From: a virus
Taxonomy: Duplodnaviria; Caudoviricetes
Virus record (IMG/VR): IMGVR_UViG_3300045242_000078
Span: 1-51,268 of that record
DNA: 51,268 nt
Direction: 5' to 3' (one strand)
Positions within the stretch are counted from its first letter, which is position 1, and each line of letters begins with the position of its first letter. Shown piece by piece: positions 8,942-17,621 of this stretch. A program made the translations under genes and the position numbers. A model generated the notes under the pieces. It was not told the origin of the DNA. It ran no database searches and worked only from the letters and a program-made list of their open reading frames with translations.

Positions 8942-10051
8942 TTACAGCGGCAGCAGGTACGACAGGTCAGACGCCGCGCCGCCGACGGTCTGCGCCACGA
9001 TCGTCACAGCGGCGGAAATCGTGCCGTTAGAATCGCTCGCATATGCAATGCCGGTCGGAATGATTTGGTGCAGCCCGCCATCCAGGAAGGTGACGCCGCC
9101 GCCCACCGTCGTATTAAACGCGGTGTAGGCAGGACGAGGAACGAAAAGCCCCGTGGTGATCGCCGGATTCGTGTTGATGGATTGCGCCGTCGCAAGTGCG
9201 CCAATGGCGAATCCGATGTTGCCGGCACCGAGGTTCGATGCCGCTGTCTGCGCAACGCCCGTCGTGATCGTGAAGCACATGATCGCGGTTGCAGCCGGGG
9301 TGCCAGTAGTGGGCGCAAAGGTGAACGTCGGCACGGAAGTCATGCCCGCGCCGTTGTTCGCCTGCGTGAGCGCCGTATAGCCGCCGGAGCCTGCCAAGGT
9401 CGCATTGACCGTCAGCACGCCGCCCGTGCCCGTTGTGTCGCCCGGCGCGCGCGTGACTGTGACCGGAGGCGCTACCGTGTAGCCTGCGCCCTGGTTCGTC
9501 ACCGTGACCGCGTTGATCGCGCCGGCGGACACCGTGCAGAACGCCGTCGCCGGGACGCCGCCAAGCGGAGGCGGTCCGATCTGGAGCACGGGCGCGCGCG
9601 TGTAGCCAGTACCGCCCGCCGTAATGGCGATGGTCGTATTGATCGCACCGCCCACGATCGCGTTCACCGTTGCGACGATCGATCCGCCGGCGGCGGACAT
9701 CGTAACGGTCGGGCTCGCCGCCGTGCCGTTCCCCGTGCCTGCCGGATAGATGCCGTTCGTTAGGCCGGAACCCGCTGTAGTCAGAGACGCCCCGACCATC
9801 GTCCCGGTCAGGTTCGCAAGCCGCCAGTTCGCCCCGTCGCTCGATACGATCGTGCCCGCCGACTGCGCAGGGGTCGTCAGCACGCGCCAAACTTGCGTCG
9901 CCGCGTCCCACCATTGGAGGAACGTGTAGAGGCCCGGAAGCACCTGATACTGCCCCGAGGGGACCATGAACAACTGCCCCGAGGTCAGGTTGACGGTTAC
10001 AGGCGTGTGGCCTTGGTCGTAGGCGCCGGCCCCCATGCGATTAATTGCCAT
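8942..10051 (-). CDS. Capsid decoration/minor structural protein with G(T/A)GYT.AP repeats
   Basis: Follows capsid/HNH; Gly/Thr/Ala-rich beta repeats; GGAG SD. Confidence 0.6.
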   Translation of the reverse strand: MAINRMGAGAYDQGHTPVTVNLTSGQLFMVPSGQYQVLPGLYTFLQWWDAATQVWRVLTTPAQSAGTIVSSDGANWRLANLTGTMVGASLTTAGSGLTNGIYPAGTGNGTAASPTVTMSAAGGSIVATVNAIVGGAINTTIAITAGGTGYTRAPVLQIGPPPLGGVPATAFCTVSAGAINAVTVTNQGAGYTVAPPVTVTRAPGDTTGTGGVLTVNATLAGSGGYTALTQANNGAGMTSVPTFTFAPTTGTPAATAIMCFTITTGVAQTAASNLGAGNIGFAIGALATAQSINTNPAITTGLFVPRPAYTAFNTTVGGGVTFLDGGLHQIIPTGIAYASDSNGTISAAVTIVAQTVGGAASDLSYLLPL

Positions 10052-10060
10052 CGTGTTCTC

Positions 10061-10546
10061 CTAGATGTGAGCCCAGTTACGGCCTTTTTTCACGTACCAA
10101 ACGGCAGTGATTGAGACGCCGAACTTTTCTGCCATAGACTTCAACGTAAGATTGCTGTCCCTGATGAAATGCACATCGGCTTCGGTCAGTTTCGTCTTGT
10201 TGTTGTCTGGACCGCGGCGACCGATACTGCCGTACATTCCGTGTTTCTCACGCTTCGCGCCACGCCCGCGCATTTCACGATCTCGCGTGTTGTCTTGCGT
10301 AGTGCCGAGATAAAGGTGATGCGGGTTCACGCACGCTTCAACGTCGCAACGATGAAGCACCCACTTCTGAGGCGGAATTGGTCCGTTGAAAAGCGTGTAG
10401 GAAAGACGGTGCGTAGACAAATCCTTCTGCGTCTCGGTATCCCAGATACGACCGTATCCGGTGTCGTTCATTGCGCCCATCCATATCCAGCAACCGCTTT
10501 CGGTTACTGGTTCAACAAGCGCGAGGAATTGGTCTTTCGAGATCAT
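10061..10546 (-). CDS. HNH homing endonuclease with C-terminal HTH
   Basis: GCWIWMG..GYG..HRLSY..VLHRCD...CVNPHHL..GT..DN motif; KLTEADV HTH; ATGA overlap with capsid stop. Confidence 0.9.
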   Translation of the reverse strand: MISKDQFLALVEPVTESGCWIWMGAMNDTGYGRIWDTETQKDLSTHRLSYTLFNGPIPPQKWVLHRCDVEACVNPHHLYLGTTQDNTRDREMRGRGAKREKHGMYGSIGRRGPDNNKTKLTEADVHFIRDSNLTLKSMAEKFGVSITAVWYVKKGRNWAHI

Positions 10547-11637
10547 AATGTTAACGAATTGAACCCAGATATGCGGGTTGATGCTTTTGGTTTTACATTT
10601 GCTAACTCCAAAATGCAAACCAATGCACCCACATATCCCAATTGGAAGTTGCTAATTGTACTTTCAAAACCTGTGAACGCGAAGCTTCCCATTACATGCA
10701 CATACAGATTGATATAGTTAGAATTCTGCAAATACACGATGCCTTCGGGACAGTACTGGTCAGCGTAGATCGGAACGCCGCACACCATGAGCGCATCAAA
10801 CCCGGAGCGCGGCCCGTCGCCTGATCCGTCGAAGCCGGTGCCCGGCGTGATGACGTACTGCTCTTGGCCCTGATAATCCTGCGCGAGCAGCGCCCAGGTG
10901 CCAAAGCCGCACACGCCGAAACTCGGTTTCTCGCCGCCGTTCTTTGCCGTGCCAGCGATGTACTGCAAGAGTGCTTGCCGCGTCGGGTTGCCGGTTGCGG
11001 CGTACACCTTCGACTGCCACCACACGTTTTGCGTGCGGTTGATGTTGCCGTAGGTCACCATGTTGGTGCCGTCGTCAATCGCGCCGGGAAAGCCGATCAG
11101 CGCCTGCAAGTTCGTCGTGTTGTTGAATAGCGCGGTTGAAAACACGTCCATGACTACGTTCCCGGCGTCGTTCATCTTCGCCTCGATCTTCGGAATGATC
11201 GCGTGATCGAGTTGCAGGATGCCTTCCATCCCGAGGAACGGAATAGGCACGATGAAGAGTTTCAGATTCCCCTCGAAGAGGAACGCGCCCTGCAAGTCGG
11301 ACGGCTGATTGAACGCGCCGTCGTAGCCTGACCATTGACCGGTGACAAACGGGGCACCCTGCACCGGGACACTGATGGAACTGACGCCACCGTAAGCGGG
11401 CTGCGCTCCGGCAAGTAGGGACGCCATCGTGGGCGAGTTGTTGTAGATTTGGACTACGAGGCGGGGAATGAACGCCCTTCTCGTAATTGCGGTTAACTCC
11501 CCTCCAACGCCTACCCCTGGGACGATTCCTGTACCAAATACGACGGTTTGCATTAAACCCACGCGCATCATGTATTGCGTGATTGCGAAATACGCCGGTT
11601 CAAACAGCCACGTCAAAAAGTTGAGGAAGCGATTCAT
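10543..11637 (-). CDS. Major capsid protein (with ~31-aa N-terminal extension)
   Basis: Position after scaffold; 364 aa; TAAGGAG SD before ATG 11637; motifs RRAFIP.LVVQIY, YGNINR...WW, GVPIY.D.YCP. Confidence 0.85.
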   Translation of the reverse strand: MNRFLNFLTWLFEPAYFAITQYMMRVGLMQTVVFGTGIVPGVGVGGELTAITRRAFIPRLVVQIYNNSPTMASLLAGAQPAYGGVSSISVPVQGAPFVTGQWSGYDGAFNQPSDLQGAFLFEGNLKLFIVPIPFLGMEGILQLDHAIIPKIEAKMNDAGNVVMDVFSTALFNNTTNLQALIGFPGAIDDGTNMVTYGNINRTQNVWWQSKVYAATGNPTRQALLQYIAGTAKNGGEKPSFGVCGFGTWALLAQDYQGQEQYVITPGTGFDGSGDGPRSGFDALMVCGVPIYADQYCPEGIVYLQNSNYINLYVHVMGSFAFTGFESTISNFQLGYVGALVCILELANVKPKASTRISGFNSLTL

Positions 11638-11647
11638 GCGAGACTCC

Positions 11648-12268
11648 TTATCCCAAGGCAAAGCCGGCCGCAACTTCATGCGCGGTGAAAAGAGAACTGG
11701 GAATCGAAACGCCGTATTGTTGCAGCAGAGTCGATGCCCAAGCTAGTTTGTCCTCAACTCTCTGCCCGTAGGGTTGGGATTTGCTCCACAGTTCTAGATT
11801 GGAAATTGAATTGTCGGCGCGGTCGCCGTTCTTGTGGTGAACGGTTTCGTGAGGAAGCAGCGGCCTTCCCAGAATCTTCGCCATGATGACGCGATGTTCC
11901 TTGACGATCTTCCCGTCGATGGCTTTTCGTTTGTAGCCGTTCGAATCCAAGGTGAATGGTTCTGCCCTTCTGAAAATAGTTCTGCATGCATAAGAACAGA
12001 AATTTGAGTCCTTGAACATCTTGAATTGGGAACTGTAGCGCGTGTACAACTTGCCGCACACTTTGCAGTTTTTGCTTACAGATTCCTGGCCGTTCCTGCA
12101 TGCCCTAGAGCAATACCTTGCGGGTTCTGCGCGGTGCGCCGGAACAGAAAATTCAGATTTGCAGCCGAGACATATTTTTTTGACCGCGGTCGATGGCGTG
12201 CCACGCGGTTTGCGCTTCATCTTTTCGAGCGCCGCAGCGCGCCGCTCCGGGTCTTTTGGCATTGTCAT
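11648..12268 (-). CDS. HNH endonuclease with N-terminal CxxC/CSxxC Zn repeats
   Basis: C..C..F....YCSRAC repeats; EHR..M..LGR.L...[11 protein letters not shown]...NLEL. Confidence 0.9.
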   Translation of the reverse strand: MTMPKDPERRAAALEKMKRKPRGTPSTAVKKICLGCKSEFSVPAHRAEPARYCSRACRNGQESVSKNCKVCGKLYTRYSSQFKMFKDSNFCSYACRTIFRRAEPFTLDSNGYKRKAIDGKIVKEHRVIMAKILGRPLLPHETVHHKNGDRADNSISNLELWSKSQPYGQRVEDKLAWASTLLQQYGVSIPSSLFTAHEVAAGFALG

Positions 12269-12269
12269 A

Positions 12270-12830
12270 TCAGTGCGTCCTTGCGGCTTTGGCGCGGTCT
12301 TTCCTTATCTCGTCCATCGCGCGCATAGCTTCTGCGCGCGCCGTCCCAATCGGGTCTTTCATGAACGCCTTGCCGAGGTCTCCCTGACCAAGCTCGAACC
12401 CTTGCTGGTGCGACGTCGACGGCGTGGGCTCTGCTGCTTCCTGCTCGATTGCGCGCTGCATCGCGGCTTTCGTGAGGCCGGTCTGCGTCGTCATGAAGCC
12501 GTTCTCGCTTGCCCACTTCACGAGATCGGAGAATGACGCGCGCGTGCTGACGTGCCCGGCATCGCGCAAGTTCTCGTAGAGGTTGCTCGCTTCGCGCTCG
12601 GCGTCGGACATCTGCCCGCGCTTCTCCAGTTCCTCGATACGTTTGTCGCGCGCCGAGAGCGCGGCCACGGTCTTGTCCTCGAGCTCAACAATCGGCATGG
12701 AAATGTTCGGATTGTTCTTTTTGACGAGACGCTGAAACACGCCTGCGGTGTCGGGTTTGGAGAGCACGTCATCGGCGAGCGCTGCGAGCGCGCGTATCTC
12801 CTCATCCGTTTTACCTTCCAAGGGGGGCAT
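12270..12830 (-). CDS. Putative capsid scaffolding protein
   Basis: Charged helical protein immediately upstream of the capsid region; AGGAG SD. Confidence 0.55.
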   Translation of the reverse strand: MPPLEGKTDEEIRALAALADDVLSKPDTAGVFQRLVKKNNPNISMPIVELEDKTVAALSARDKRIEELEKRGQMSDAEREASNLYENLRDAGHVSTRASFSDLVKWASENGFMTTQTGLTKAAMQRAIEQEAAEPTPSTSHQQGFELGQGDLGKAFMKDPIGTARAEAMRAMDEIRKDRAKAARTH

Positions 12831-12840
12831 GGTCTAGCTC

Positions 12841-13044
12841 CTATGCTGCTGGCGGAATGGGTTGCGGATCGTCATTGGCTGCCAAGGTCTGCGCGCGCAC
12901 CTTGGCGAAGTCGTGAACTTCACTGCGCCGCGCCATCGCCAAGCGCGTATCGGCCGGAATCGGCTGGCCCTGCGACGTGTGGCTCACCACGCCGGCCGCG
13001 TCCGCCTCGGCGTGCTTGTCCGAGTCTGGACGGTCGTCTTTCAC
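12841..13044 (-). CDS. Hypothetical protein
   Basis: GTGA-coupled ORF. Confidence 0.5.
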   Translation of the reverse strand: MKDDRPDSDKHAEADAAGVVSHTSQGQPIPADTRLAMARRSEVHDFAKVRAQTLAANDDPQPIPPAA

Positions 13045-13322
13045 TTCGTGGGAGCCGCAGCACCGGCCTTCGCAGGCGCCGCCGGCTTCTTGATCTGCCG
13101 CTGATCGACGTTCGGATCGGCCTTGCGCCGTCCGGCGAACGCCTGATCTTTCGCGCGCCGGTCTTTCAGGCCCGGATAGCTGTCGTCGACCACGGTCAAA
13201 GTGGAAGCGGTCGAATGGTACGTTTCGCCGTTTTGCAGCACCTTCACTTCGGTCGGTTCTTTCGGATCGCCGATCAGCACCGCGGCGATTTCAGGCCCCG
13301 AGTTCTTAATTTCGATGGTCAT
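13041..13322 (-). CDS. Hypothetical protein
   Basis: AGGAG SD; codon bias. Confidence 0.6.
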   Translation of the reverse strand: MTIEIKNSGPEIAAVLIGDPKEPTEVKVLQNGETYHSTASTLTVVDDSYPGLKDRRAKDQAFAGRRKADPNVDQRQIKKPAAPAKAGAAAPTK

Positions 13323-13332
13323 GGATTTGCTC

Positions 13333-13524
13333 CTACTTGACGCTTGAACCGGGTTTGACGATGTTCATAGCGTTCTTGAAAAACGCCTTGGTAGCCGACG
13401 AAAACCCTCCGAAAACCGGGTATCGCGGCGGATTGACCACCCGCCCGTTGTTCTGCGCGTTGGTCAACGGGTCGCGGATGCCGCGTCCGCTCGGTCTGAC
13501 GCCAATTCCTGGTTGCTCGGGCAT
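13333..13524 (-). CDS. Small basic head-module protein
   Basis: AGGAG SD; NPPRY..FGG motif. Confidence 0.65.
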   Translation of the reverse strand: MPEQPGIGVRPSGRGIRDPLTNAQNNGRVVNPPRYPVFGGFSSATKAFFKNAMNIVKPGSSVK

Positions 13525-13536
13525 GATTTGCTCCTA

Positions 13537-13965
13537 TTAAGCTGGTGCGGGTTGTGGTGCGGGTGAGCCGGGGCCGGGCGGTGCGCCCATGCCCGGCGGC
13601 TTGACGGCGCCGAGCATGTTCATGATTTCGGCGGGGAAGAGGCGCCGATCTTCGTCTTTCGACTTGCCGAACGCCTTGGAGAGCGTCGACAGCGCCTTGC
13701 TTACGGCGTCAAATTCGGGGCTGTCTAAGGGAAAGTGCGGCAGTTCGCGCTGGAGCATTTCGCTCGCCACCTGAATCTGCACGCGGGCGGCTTTCTGGAT
13801 GCCTTCCTGCGGCTGCGGTGTGGCCATCGGCGCGCTGCCAGGACCGCCTGAACCTGGGCCGGTAGCGGAACCGCCAGCGCCTGGGGAGGGTGAGGGTGCA
13901 GCGGATTCGGGCAGAGGCATTGACGAGGACTTTCGGCCTGGTTTTGACGGAAAACCGCTGCCCAC
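13537..13965 (-). CDS. Pro/Gly-rich head-module protein (start uncertain)
   Basis: Helical core flanked by low-complexity Pro-rich ends. Confidence 0.6.
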   Translation of the reverse strand: MGSGFPSKPGRKSSSMPLPESAAPSPSPGAGGSATGPGSGGPGSAPMATPQPQEGIQKAARVQIQVASEMLQRELPHFPLDSPEFDAVSKALSTLSKAFGKSKDEDRRLFPAEIMNMLGAVKPPGMGAPPGPGSPAPQPAPA

Positions 13966-13982
13966 GGGTCCGTTCCGGCGTG

Positions 13983-14011
13983 ACTCTGTGCCTAAATCAC
14001 TGTTTCGTCAA
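13983..14011 (-). promoter_or_regulatory. Putative sigma70-type promoter TTGACG-17-CAGAGT
   Basis: Near-consensus -35 and 17-bp spacer, directly after a terminator; weak -10. Confidence 0.4.
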
Positions 14012-14020
14012 GTAGGAATG

Positions 14021-14048
14021 AAAAAGCCCGGTCTGAGCACCGGGCTTT
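14021..14048 (-). terminator. Rho-independent terminator
   Basis: AAAGCCCGG-N8-CCGGGCTTT hairpin with U tract on the minus strand. Confidence 0.8.
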
Positions 14049-14065
14049 CTATGGGGTGGAAGCGG

Positions 14066-14101
14066 TTAACGCCTGCCCCGACGTCCTCTGCGCCTAGCCA
14101 T
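14066..14101 (-). CDS. 11-aa arginine-rich micropeptide MARRRGRRGRR
   Basis: GGAGG SD before ATG, TAA stop, then terminator. Confidence 0.65.
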   Translation of the reverse strand: MARRRGRRGRR

Positions 14102-14193
14102 GATGAAGCCCTCCATGGTGAATGATGGACCGCCCCTACTACAGAACACGGCGTCTGCCGCGACCTGATCTCTTTCTGCCGTATGCCATTCGA

Positions 14194-14622
14194 TTACTTT
14201 ACGCTTGCCATCTTCGCTTTGGCAAGTTCTTTTTCAGCATCATCGCATTCCGCTTGCAGCAAGACGATTGCCATGCGAAAGCGGTCAAGAATAATCTCGT
14301 TGCACAATATTTTTGCTTGAAGTTGATGTACCTCGTTCTTCAACCTCGGTATGCAATCTGCTTCCTTGCACGTCAGAAAATTCTGACAGCACGGCTTTGG
14401 ACCGTACTGCTGATATAGTTGCGCGTAGCTGTCTCTGAGTTTGGAAATTTCAGCGGCAACTTCATGGTGCACACGGTATCCCCATTTCCCAATGACCGTG
14501 ATGGAATAATTTTCGGCAGGAGCCGAGATTGTAGGGGTGTCTAACTCCCGCTCTGCCGCTTGGACAACTGCACAATTTTCGAAATGTCCGTCAAGGAATC
14601 CGCAATATTGGCACGCGCTCAC
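14194..14622 (-). CDS. Hypothetical protein (Cys motifs, coiled coil), AT-richer moron-like
   Basis: GTGA-coupled ORF. Confidence 0.55.
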   Translation of the reverse strand: MSACQYCGFLDGHFENCAVVQAAERELDTPTISAPAENYSITVIGKWGYRVHHEVAAEISKLRDSYAQLYQQYGPKPCCQNFLTCKEADCIPRLKNEVHQLQAKILCNEIILDRFRMAIVLLQAECDDAEKELAKAKMASVK

Positions 14623-14834
14623 GCCCTCACCTTTCTGTATGGTTGCCGATTGTGTTCACGTACCGTTGCTACCAATTCATCGCGCATCTTGCAGTAGAGC
14701 AGCCGCATATCCGTATAAGCCGCGAGCGGCGTATTAGCGCAGCCACGCGCGACGCCAATCGTCCCGGCTTGAGTTGACCACCAAAGGCCGTCCTTGAAAC
14801 GCAGGCGAGCCTTGAAGCTGCCGTCAGGGTTCAT
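14619..14834 (-). CDS. Hypothetical protein
   Basis: TAAGG SD before MNPDG. Confidence 0.5.
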   Translation of the reverse strand: MNPDGSFKARLRFKDGLWWSTQAGTIGVARGCANTPLAAYTDMRLLYCKMRDELVATVREHNRQPYRKVRA

Positions 14835-14841
14835 CGCAACC

Positions 14842-15060
14842 TTATTTCTTGTGGACTTTCGCTTTCCCCTCTCGATAGTGCATATCGTCGTACTCCCGAT
14901 TCGCTTTCTTGATTTCATCGTTGGATAGCTTCGACGCTGGTTTGCCGGTCATCGTCTTTGCGTTCGTAGCGACGTTTTCAACGTCCAAGCGAACGCCGGC
15001 GCGATAGTTCTTGTGTTCGAGGATGCTACTCATGAACAGGCCGTTATCTTTTTTCGCCAT
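14842..15060 (-). CDS. Small basic hypothetical protein
   Basis: AGGAG SD after portal stop. Confidence 0.55.
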   Translation of the reverse strand: MAKKDNGLFMSSILEHKNYRAGVRLDVENVATNAKTMTGKPASKLSNDEIKKANREYDDMHYREGKAKVHKK

Positions 15061-15069
15061 GACTGACTC

Positions 15070-16743
15070 CTATTTGACAGATGCCAGAGGCGGCTTCGGC
15101 GCGGCTTTCTGCGCCTCCATCGCCATTTTCTGCTGCGCGGCCTTGGCCTCTGCCGGTTCGATGATCTCTTTCAGTTCGCGCAAAATCGCCTCTTCTGCCG
15201 GCGGCGAGTTGAGCATAATGTACCGCTCGCGCGTGATGGCTCTCGCCTTGAGTAGCCGGTCGCTCAACAACTGCGACCCCTCTTGGAAGATCGGGCTGTT
15301 GCTGTGCGCGTCCACGCCCACGGTGAAGTTTGGCGACATTTCCGCCGGAATGAACGGCACATCGTTATCGTCGTACAGTTCCTCGGTCGTCCCCACGTAC
15401 AGGCATTTCCCGAACAGCGTTGCGGACTGATCAAGCGAGTCCTCGATAATCATCGCGCGCTTTTTCGGCCGCGCCGTGCCCACCGTCAGGAGCTTGCCCG
15501 CGTGCCCCGCCGAGCGAACGCCAGATTCGCCCCTGCCCTGCACCACGTTGGACAATCCCGATACCGTGTCCATGTAATCCTGATAGCGCGCGAGGCTGGC
15601 GTAGATGTGCTCCGGGATGTTCGGCACGAAAGTCTCGCGGCGGAAGTTGGGATCGCCGATTGCCACGTTCGCGCCGGGCGAATTGAATGCGTCCATCTTG
15701 TCGGGTAGCCCCATGCCGCCCCAGGCAGAAGGCGGATCCACCTGCTTTTGTTCCAGCCGTTCGATGTCGATCATTCGCTCGTTCAGCTTGTTCTGGATCG
15801 GCGTCAGCTTGGAGACTTCCGACTGTCCCCAGAAATAGTCTGGCAGCGGGTTCGGGCAGACCTGGACAAAGCCGTGCTCGCCTTCGAAGTCCTTGGAGCG
15901 CGGCAGGAAAATGTTCTTGCGGTCGAACACGATCGCCTGCTCGCCTGCCATCGTGCAGACCTGGTAATCATCTTGGGAATCGTCCCAGACGTAGATTTCC
16001 TGCATCTCAATGACGGGAACAGCAAGCTGCGCGGCGTAGTCGGCGATGGTGCCGATATTCACGTTCACTTCGCCCTGGAGGCTCTGCAAGCCTTCGCCGG
16101 GGATGCCCGAAGTCAGGAGGATGCGATCCAACATCGGCGGCGTTGACGACGCGGTATCCTTTTTGGTATAGGCGTCCGTGGCCGCTTTCAGGATTTCCTC
16201 GCGCTTCGGGTGCAGGCTGATGCGCTTCGCAAGGTCGGATTTCGTCATGTAGTACACATGGACGAACGCTTCCTGCCGGTCGAGCATGGGCACGTCGTCG
16301 CGGTACACGCCGAAACAGGCCGGGTCGATGACGTAGGGGTCCACGCGGCCATTCCTGCGCCGGATGTGCTTGACGAGCGTCGTGTCGTACACCATCGACC
16401 ACAGGATCGCCATTTGCATAATGACGTCGGCGTTCGCCTTCTTCCACTCTTCCATTACCAGCTTGCCAAAGGCGCCGGTGCGCTTGCGGTCGGACTTCGG
16501 GGCGTGACTTCCCATCGTGACACTGAACCGCGTCGAATCGCTGGCGTAGAGGAATGACGTGACGGTGTCGAGGTGACTGTAGAGCAGATTCCACGGCGAC
16601 GGTGCGCCGTCTGACGTGCCGTAGAAGTAATAGGCCCTATTCAGAGTGTACTGTTCCAATCGCGTCTGGCGCGAGGACATGCACACACGCGACACCTCTT
16701 GCCAAAAATCGAGACGCGCCGCGTCCTGGTGCGGGATACGCAT
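15070..16743 (-). CDS. Portal protein
   Basis: 557 aa downstream of terminase; YFWGQSEV..L..IQ and VSGLSNVVQG motifs typical of podovirus portals. Confidence 0.85.
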   Translation of the reverse strand: MRIPHQDAARLDFWQEVSRVCMSSRQTRLEQYTLNRAYYFYGTSDGAPSPWNLLYSHLDTVTSFLYASDSTRFSVTMGSHAPKSDRKRTGAFGKLVMEEWKKANADVIMQMAILWSMVYDTTLVKHIRRRNGRVDPYVIDPACFGVYRDDVPMLDRQEAFVHVYYMTKSDLAKRISLHPKREEILKAATDAYTKKDTASSTPPMLDRILLTSGIPGEGLQSLQGEVNVNIGTIADYAAQLAVPVIEMQEIYVWDDSQDDYQVCTMAGEQAIVFDRKNIFLPRSKDFEGEHGFVQVCPNPLPDYFWGQSEVSKLTPIQNKLNERMIDIERLEQKQVDPPSAWGGMGLPDKMDAFNSPGANVAIGDPNFRRETFVPNIPEHIYASLARYQDYMDTVSGLSNVVQGRGESGVRSAGHAGKLLTVGTARPKKRAMIIEDSLDQSATLFGKCLYVGTTEELYDDNDVPFIPAEMSPNFTVGVDAHSNSPIFQEGSQLLSDRLLKARAITRERYIMLNSPPAEEAILRELKEIIEPAEAKAAQQKMAMEAQKAAPKPPLASVK

Positions 16744-17225
16744 TACGGCGCGCTCGCCAGTGCCTTGTCGAAGTCCTGCGCCGATCCTGGTTCGTGGCCG
16801 ACCGGGTGCGCCCTCGGCCGCGGCAGCGCCTTCATCAGTTCGGAGATTGCGCCGCCGCTATCGGTCATGCCCATACCTGCGAGCGCGGCAGTTGCGCCGC
16901 CTGCCGAGCCTTCGCGTGGTACTTCGCCTTTGCCTACCTCATACACGTTGCCGGCCGGAATTGGCTGCCAGAACGCTTCCATGCCCTTCTGGGTCTTCCT
17001 GGATGCCCCCACCGAGCCGTTGCGGTTCGAAAGGTCGGTCAGTTGGTAGCGAGCCGCGAGCCGGTCTAGCGCGCGGTCGGAGATTTTCGTGCGCTCGGAC
17101 TTGCCCGCGGGCGCGGTGCGGAACTCCTGCACCACCGTGGTACAGCCCCCTACGGGACAGACGGGATTTTTCTGCGCCGACTCGAACGGCCCATGACCGA
17201 GACAGCGATACTCGCGGATGACCAT
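16743..17225 (-). CDS. FmdB-like zinc-ribbon protein
   Basis: EYRC..HG.FE....CP..GC at N-terminus. Confidence 0.6.
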   Translation of the reverse strand: MVIREYRCLGHGPFESAQKNPVCPVGGCTTVVQEFRTAPAGKSERTKISDRALDRLAARYQLTDLSNRNGSVGASRKTQKGMEAFWQPIPAGNVYEVGKGEVPREGSAGGATAALAGMGMTDSGGAISELMKALPRPRAHPVGHEPGSAQDFDKALASAP

Positions 17226-17240
17226 GCGCGCACGATACGC

Positions 17241-17621
17241 CTATTTGTTCACCGGCGGCAACACCGGAAAGGCAGCCTTGTTCACGGCAACCCAGTCGAG
17301 CACCGGCCCCCTGTCCGTCATCCTGATCCGCGTCAGCATCGTCTGCTCCGGCAGCGGATCCTCGTACACCGTGATCTCGTAGGTGCCGCGCGCCTTGCTT
17401 ACCCGACGCGCTTCCACCTGCCCGTTTTCCAGCAGCGTGAACGCGCGATCTAACCGGCGGTACGTCTCCCGGTACATACCCTCGAATTCCTTGGCGTATC
17501 GCCACCAGTGACCGGGGCCGATTCCGCTTACCTTCTCAAGGATCGCAAGCGAGAATGGCCGCTCCTTCGCCGGCATGGCGATCAGGGCGCGCAGTCTTCG
17601 TTTGCATTCCTCTCTTGTCAC
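17241..17621 (-). CDS. Hypothetical protein (possible HTH)
   Basis: GTGA-coupled to terminase stop. Confidence 0.6.
   Translation of the reverse strand: MTREECKRRLRALIAMPAKERPFSLAILEKVSGIGPGHWWRYAKEFEGMYRETYRRLDRAFTLLENGQVEARRVSKARGTYEITVYEDPLPEQTMLTRIRMTDRGPVLDWVAVNKAAFPVLPPVNK

Larger units (their letters stand above)
1..9806. repeat. Long direct repeat, copy 1 (copy 2 = ~41454-51268); identical core 3488-8375, diverged flanks
   Basis: Six-frame ORF translations are identical in the core at offset 41462; synonymous and non-synonymous differences outside it. Confidence 0.95.

Noticed and set aside
1-9806. Physical terminal repeat or DGR template/variable pair
   Set aside because: Flanks differ by synonymous changes and domain swaps, unlike true terminal redundancy; differences are not adenine-specific and no reverse transcriptase is present.
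10061-12268. Group I introns or inteins in capsid or terminase
   Set aside because: Capsid and terL reading frames are continuous and of normal length; the HNH genes sit between genes with 4-nt overlaps or short gaps, so they are free-standing.
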